This document shows, piece after piece, positions 58,074 through 64,000 of a DNA stretch of 64,000 bases. The position numbers and the translations under genes are program-made. The notes under the pieces are model-generated. The model was not told the DNA's origin and made no database searches. It saw nothing but the letters and a program-made list of their open reading frames with translations. The DNA is taken from NCBI RefSeq assembly GCF_964204645.1, contig NC_134027.1:13424485-13488484 (forward strand), in the 5' to 3' direction. Position 1 is the first letter of the stretch. Every line of letters begins with the position of its first letter. The DNA is from Tubulanus polymorphus. Its lineage: Eukaryota > Animalia > Nemertea.

Positions 58074-61000
58074 ATGGGGGGAATGAACAACATACAGAAA
58101 ACAATAATGTCAATAAAAATCAATATTATTGCCCGTATTGTAAAAAATACATCGATAAATCTAATAAATCTAAACATGAAAAATCTGCAAATCATATAAA
58201 AAATGTAATAGATTTTGAAACTCCAGAAAATTCCAATGAAAGAAAAGAACGATAAGATGATATGAATGTGGATGAAATAAAATGTGAAGTTTGTAATGAA
58301 TTTATAGTAAAAAGGAATTATAAAAGACATCTCGAATCACAAAAACACCATCAAAATTTGAGTAATAATGTTTTAGGAATAGATTTTTTTGATGATAAAC
58401 CTCAACAAGTAAAAAACCAGCTTCAAAAACTAAATCTATTTCAAATAAACCTTACATGGAAAATGTTAGAAATTATATTGATTCACTAGAAATAAAAGAT
58501 ACAATTGAAATATTAGAAACATTACGTAGTAAAATTGGTCCTGCAGCTATTATATTTAGATTTTTTAAAGGTACAACAATAGAAGATTATAGTAAATTTA
58601 ATGAAATAATAGAAAAAATACTAGATTTCATAACAGATGTTGAATATCCAAAGATTAGTATCTCTGGGAAAGTAAGTTTTTTAAAGTCTGAAGAGAAAAT
58701 GGATTATAATATTCAAACACTCTCTGAAGAAATAATTTCAAAAACGCAAATGAAAGTTAGAAAAAATATTTAATGAATTTAAACGTCATATTGAAGAAAG
58801 ATATTTTGAGGGTTCTGGTTTAACATTGAATGGGATTATATTTTTAGATTTAAATGTTTATAATACAAAAAGGAATAAAACATCAAAAAGTAAAACAATG
58901 TTTAAAAATGACTCAAACTTTACAACAGAAAAGGATATTGAAGCATCAAGTTATATTAAATTACCATTTACAACAAAAGCAGTAATAAATGTTCAAAATG
59001 AAGATAATAAATGTTTTCTATGGTCAATTATTAGTTGTTTACACCCAACAGAAGATATGACGCATAGTTTTAGAATAACAAATTACCGGAAATATGAAAC
59101 ATTATATAAAATTGATCAATATCCAGTAACTATAAAAATGATTCCTAAAATAGAAAAAGTTAATAATTTAAAAATAAATATATTTGAATTAATGCAATTA
59201 CCAAAGACAAAAGGTGAAAATATCAAAGATAATACATTGGAAGCTTTATATTAAACAGAATATTATGATGATGAAAATGCTATAGATTTGTTATATTACA
59301 AAAAAGATGAAAATGAACATTATATGTGGTTAAAACAAATTGATTTATTCTTTAGAACAGAAAGTGATCATCATCATAAAATTTATCTATGTAGAAAATG
59401 TTTATCTAAATTCATGTCTGAGAATTCATTATTAAAACATAAAGAATTATGTGATAATAAAGATTTTTGTAAATTGATAATGCCAACAGAAAAAGATTAT
59501 AAATTGAAATTTACTAATCATAAATTTAAGAATATTGTTCCATTTGTAATTTATGGGGATTTTGAATCGTTGAATAAAGAATTAACTGATCAAGATAGAA
59601 AAGAAATATATAACAAAAAGCAATTATTGAAATCAATGGATAAAGGAAATGAACTAAATGAAGATATAATTCCCACCATAAGACCCACCAATTATAAATA
59701 CAATTACAAAAGTTCATCAAAGAGCTGCTGCTTATGGAATTTACATAAAATAAAATTATCCTGAATTATATGAAAGTCGATATATTTCTTTTAGAGGTGA
59801 AGATGTAGTTAATAATTTTTGTACCAAAATAATTGAATTAGAAAGTGATTTTGCAGAATTATTAAACAAAATAAAAGAATAGTTATGACAAAAGAAGATG
59901 AAATTGATTTTAATTATGCAACTCATTGTTGTTATTGTGAAAAAAACGTTTTTATTCATTTGATAAAAAAGTTAGAGATAATGATCATTTAAATTCAAAA
60001 TACCGCGGAGCTGCTCATGAAGATTGCAATTTACAAGCTAAGAAAGTTAATTTCGTTCCAATATTATTTCATAATTTATCAGGCTATGATACCCATCTAT
60101 TTATAAAACAATTATCGGGAAAATTGGGCGCAATTAATCAAGAAATAGAAGATGTAATGCCATGAATGGTGTAAATGTAAGAAAATATGATTTTAAACTA
60201 TTAGCTAAAACATCTGAAAATTATATTTCATTTCAATTTGGTTGCATTAGATTTTTAGATTCTTATAGATTTCTAGCAAGTTCATTAGATAATTTAGCAA
60301 AAAGTTTAGTTGATAATGATTTTGTTATAACTCGATATTATTATCCAAATGAACAAGATTTTAAATTATTGAGATATAAAGGTGCAATTCCTTATTCATT
60401 TTATAAAACACACAATGATTTTAATGTAACAGAATTATTAAAAGATCAATTTTATGATCAATTAAAAGAGGAGTATGTGAAAGACGAAGTGTTTAATAGA
60501 ACATTAAATATTTGGAACAATTTTAAGATGGAAAATCATGGTGAATTAGTTGATTTATATTTAAAATCAGATGTTATGATATTGGCTGACATATTTGAAA
60601 AATTTAGAGAAGTTAATTTGAATCATTTTAATGTTGATCCTTGTTATTGCTACTCTAGTCCTGGTTTAACCTGGCAATGTGGTTTAAAATATACAAATGT
60701 AGAGTTAGATTTATTAAAAGAACCAGACATGGTTTTATTATTTGAAAAATCAATTAGAGGTGGAATTAGTGGTGTTATGGGAGATAGATATTTTAAAGCA
60801 AATGATGAATATAAATTATTATATATTGACGCCATTAATTTATATGGTTGGGCAATGATGCAACCTCAACCTTACAAAAATTTTATATTAACAGAAGTTG
60901 AAAATGGTGATAAAACTGATTGGGAAAGCGCAATTGCGAGTTTAAAAGATGAAGCACCAATTGGTTATTTCTTTGTAGTTGATTTAGAATATCCTGATAA

Positions 61001-63008
61001 CATAAAGTTTAAAACAAGAAACTTACCTTATTGCCCAGAACATATAACTGTAGATGATAGTTATTTAAGTGAATACCAGAAGAAAATAAAACCGAAAGAT
61101 CATGTTTTTACAGAAAAATTAATACTTACTCAAAATAATAAATACAATTATATCGTTCATTATAGAATGTTAAAATTTTATCTAAAACAAGGAATGAAAT
61201 TAAAGAAAGTACAAAGATATATTGAATTTAATCAATCGAAGTGGTTAGAAAAATATATAGATTTCAATACTCAACAGAGAACAATATCTAAAACAGATTT
61301 TGAAAAAGATTTCTTCAAATTAATGAATAATAGTTTTTATGGTAAAACATGCGAAAATATTAGAAATAGAAATGATATTGAAATAGTAAATAATTCTGAA
61401 AGATTAAGACATTTAAAATCAAGTCCTAGACATTTAGGAAATAAAAGATTTGAAGATTATTTAACAGCAGTTAAATTAAAAAGAACGTCAATGAAATTTA
61501 ATCAACCTATATTCATTGGTTCAACTGTTTTAGAAGTATCAAAATTATCAATGTATGATTTTTATTATAATGTTGTACAACCACTTTTTGGGACAAAAGC
61601 ATATTGAAATATTATATTTTGATTCTGTTACATCTGACACCCCAATATTATTAAAATGTATTGATAAAATATTGATAAGAAGAATTTCAGAAATAATTCC
61701 AAAACATAATGAATGTTATATTTCATATGGTGAAAAAGAATTAATACAAATAAATGGTTTAATGGATGTTTGGACAAGAAATGGATGGAAAAAATTAAAG
61801 AATATTATTAGGCATAAAACAAATAAGAAAATCTATACAGTTAGAACTAAATTAGGGTTTGTAGATGTTACAGAAGATCATAGTTTAATTAAACGAAATG
61901 GCGATGAAATAAAACCAACCGATATAAAAATTGGAGATGAATTATTACATAAAAGATTTTTCCAAAGAATGAATCATATGTCATTCGACGAAATTATTGA
62001 TAATATTTATAATATAGAACCCGAAACATTAGAAGAAAAAGAATATTTTATCAAAGGATTTTTCATGGGTGATGGTTCAGCAGATGTGTATAATTATGTT
62101 TGGGGTAATAAATATTGTTGGTATTTATGCAATCAAGACTTAAAATTATTAGAAGGAATTAAGAAATTCTGTGAAGAAGTTTATTCACATAAAACATTTA
62201 GCATCATGGATGTTATGAAATCATCAGCAGTTTATAGAATACTTGTAAATAATCCTAAAGATTTTGCTATAAAATATAATGATGAATTCTATATTCATGC
62301 AATAGTGAAAAGTAATACTTCAACAAAAGAAAAGATAGTTCCAGATTATGTATTAAATGCAAAAGATAATTTAAGAAAATGGTTCTTCATTGGATTCTAC
62401 GCAGCAGATGGTGCTAAAAAATTTTAACTGAAAAAGATTTAACTGAAAAAGTTCAAGATTTATTTGAAATATATAACCCAACAGATTATGTTTATGATTT
62501 ATCAACTGAAGATGGCACATTCAACTGTGGATTTCCATTAATTTGCTTCAATACGGATGCGTACATACTAAAAATCAAGACAAATGACATAACAAAAGAC
62601 TTAAAAACATTAAAACATCATTTTGATTTTAGCAATTATCCCAAAGATCATGAACTATTTAGCAATGATAATAAAAAGATTCTGAAATGTTTAAAGATGA
62701 ATTAGGGGGTGATGAAATTATTGAATTTGTTGGGATAAGAAGTAAAATGTACAGTTACAGAACAAAAGATCATGAAACTAAAAAGTTAAAAGGAATAACA
62801 AAACATGTGGTTGATAAACATATAGAATTTCAAGATTATATAAAGTGTTTATATAACTCAATTGTAATGAAACATAAAATGAATTGTTTAAGATCAGAAA
62901 ATCACGAGATGTACATTAATGAAGTTGAAAAAACTAGTTTGAATCCATTTGATGATAAAAAGGCATATTTTAGATGATGGTATAAAAACATTACCTTATG
63001 GTTATTAA
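58074..63008 (+). pseudogene. Near full-length protein-primed DNA polymerase B (Zn fingers, endonuclease VII-like insert, exonuclease, intein), frameshifted
   Basis: YGDFES, VRDNDHL..YRGAAHEDCNL, FHNLSGYD, FLDSYRF, YIDAINLYG, KLMNNSFYGKT and YFD|TDA motifs. Confidence 0.95.
61624..62552 (+). other. Intein in pPolB motif C (second copy, ~135-bp internal deletion)
   Basis: SVTSDTP..VTEDHSL..GFFMGDG..GFYAADG..YVYDLSTEDGTF..LICFN followed by TDAY. Confidence 0.95.
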
Positions 63009-64000
63009 AATGGATCAATATCATCAAACTCGAAATCACTATTGGTTTCTTCTTTTTCATTTAATTGTTCTTGTATAATTTGTTTAGGTTCTTCCATTTC
63101 ATTTTTCTCATTTAAATAAAGTTCTATCTTGTACCATATTTCATCTCGCTCTCTTTGTTTCTTTTTGTTCGTTAATTCATCAAATGGAATTATGATATCG
63201 ATGTTTAAATAATTTTACAATCTTATTTAAAAAGAATTCATAATTAATTGAATCTGTTATTCTATTATCCACATAATATCTTAATATTTGTTTGAATGTT
63301 TCTTTTATATTTTCCATATCTTTTTCTGTTAATTTAGGTTTTTTATAATAATCGTTAAATAATAAATATAAATACATTTTCTTTTCTTGTGTGTTAAATG
63401 ATATGTTAAATGATGTGTTGATGGAATAATTGTTTTTATCATATCTTTTTTAGTTATTTCACCATTTTTATTTTCTATTATTTTCATTTTTTCAAGCCAT
63501 TGCTTATATACTGGCGTATGATCTTCCATAGAAAATGTCTTAAATATTTCATTTTATATATTAATTATGATATTTTAATTTTGGTTCTATAAGAATATCT
63601 CTAGTTTTTTCATCACCCCATAAATTTTTTTGCTATCCACATTCATTACAAAATATCACAGGACCTTCTTGTCTTAAGTACTCATAAATACATTGTGAGC
63701 ATTTTTTTCTATCATAGCTTTGTAATTGATCTTCATTAAGCTCTTGGTATTTTCTTACGTTTTCTTTATGTTTTTATTGTTCTATTATGTAGATTTGAAT
63801 TACTTGTTGTAATAATCAATTTACAATATTTACAATAATATGTTTTTCTTGTTAATTCATTATATTGTTTTTCTAACTTTTCAACTGTTTCTTTATTATC
63901 TGGTAACGTTTTCTCATATTCTGTTTCAAATTCATTAGAAATTTTATCTATATGTTCTTTACGAAATTGATGATTCTCCCAAGCTTCTATATTTTCAGGA
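63005..64000 (-). pseudogene. VLTF3-like/Zn-finger gene, frameshifted, 5' part outside window
   Basis: ETFKQILRYYVDNRITDSINYEFFLNKIV; colinear with 37462-38460. Confidence 0.75.

Larger units (their letters stand above)
57993..64000 (+). mobile_element. Polinton copy D (left part, runs off window end)
   Basis: Starts with TIR AGAAATAGGGAAAGTGGGCTTTCATACC..CCTTATAAATG; pPolB followed by the convergent VLTF3-like gene, as in copy C. Confidence 0.94.

Noticed and set aside
1-64000. Interpretation as a free giant-virus, phage or bacterial contig
   Set aside because: Spliceosomal exons, LINEs, MITEs, a TSD and pervasive pseudogenisation indicate integrated copies in an animal chromosome.

Overview
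AT-rich animal (invertebrate-like) genomic DNA, identified as such by two spliced astacin-protease exons at ~12.1-12.4 kb. More than half of the window is four co-oriented copies of a Polinton/Maverick (polintovirus) element. Copy A (1-5171) is a right end. Copy B (~12.8-29.4 kb) is a divergent, decayed relative with different gene order and an intein-free polymerase. Copy C (33705-46406) has both 93-bp TIRs and a 6-bp TSD (TATAAC) but two internal deletions. Copy D (57993 to window end) is a left part. The elements encode protein-primed PolB, penton, major capsid, integrase-chromodomain, A32-like packaging ATPase and several membrane proteins. Between and inside them lie two LINEs, an ISL2EU/Harbinger-like transposon, MITEs, Helentron-type elements and a tRNA-like sequence. 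Four observations stand out. (1) Copies C and D have a LAGLIDADG intein in PolB motif C resembling the Mimivirus PolB intein, with an empty allele in copy B. (2) Copies C and D have a zinc-finger protein with a poxvirus A2/VLTF3-like late transcription factor domain. (3) A poxvirus-late-like T-run..TAAATG motif precedes almost every gene and is built into the TIRs. (4) Copy A carries a ~300-nt strongly structured RNA-like segment with two self-complementary GGCGCC loops, and copy B has an analogous structured segment. Together these suggest, by inference, an endogenous virophage-like satellite of a cytoplasmic large DNA virus. All homology calls are by eye and from memory; no searches were run.
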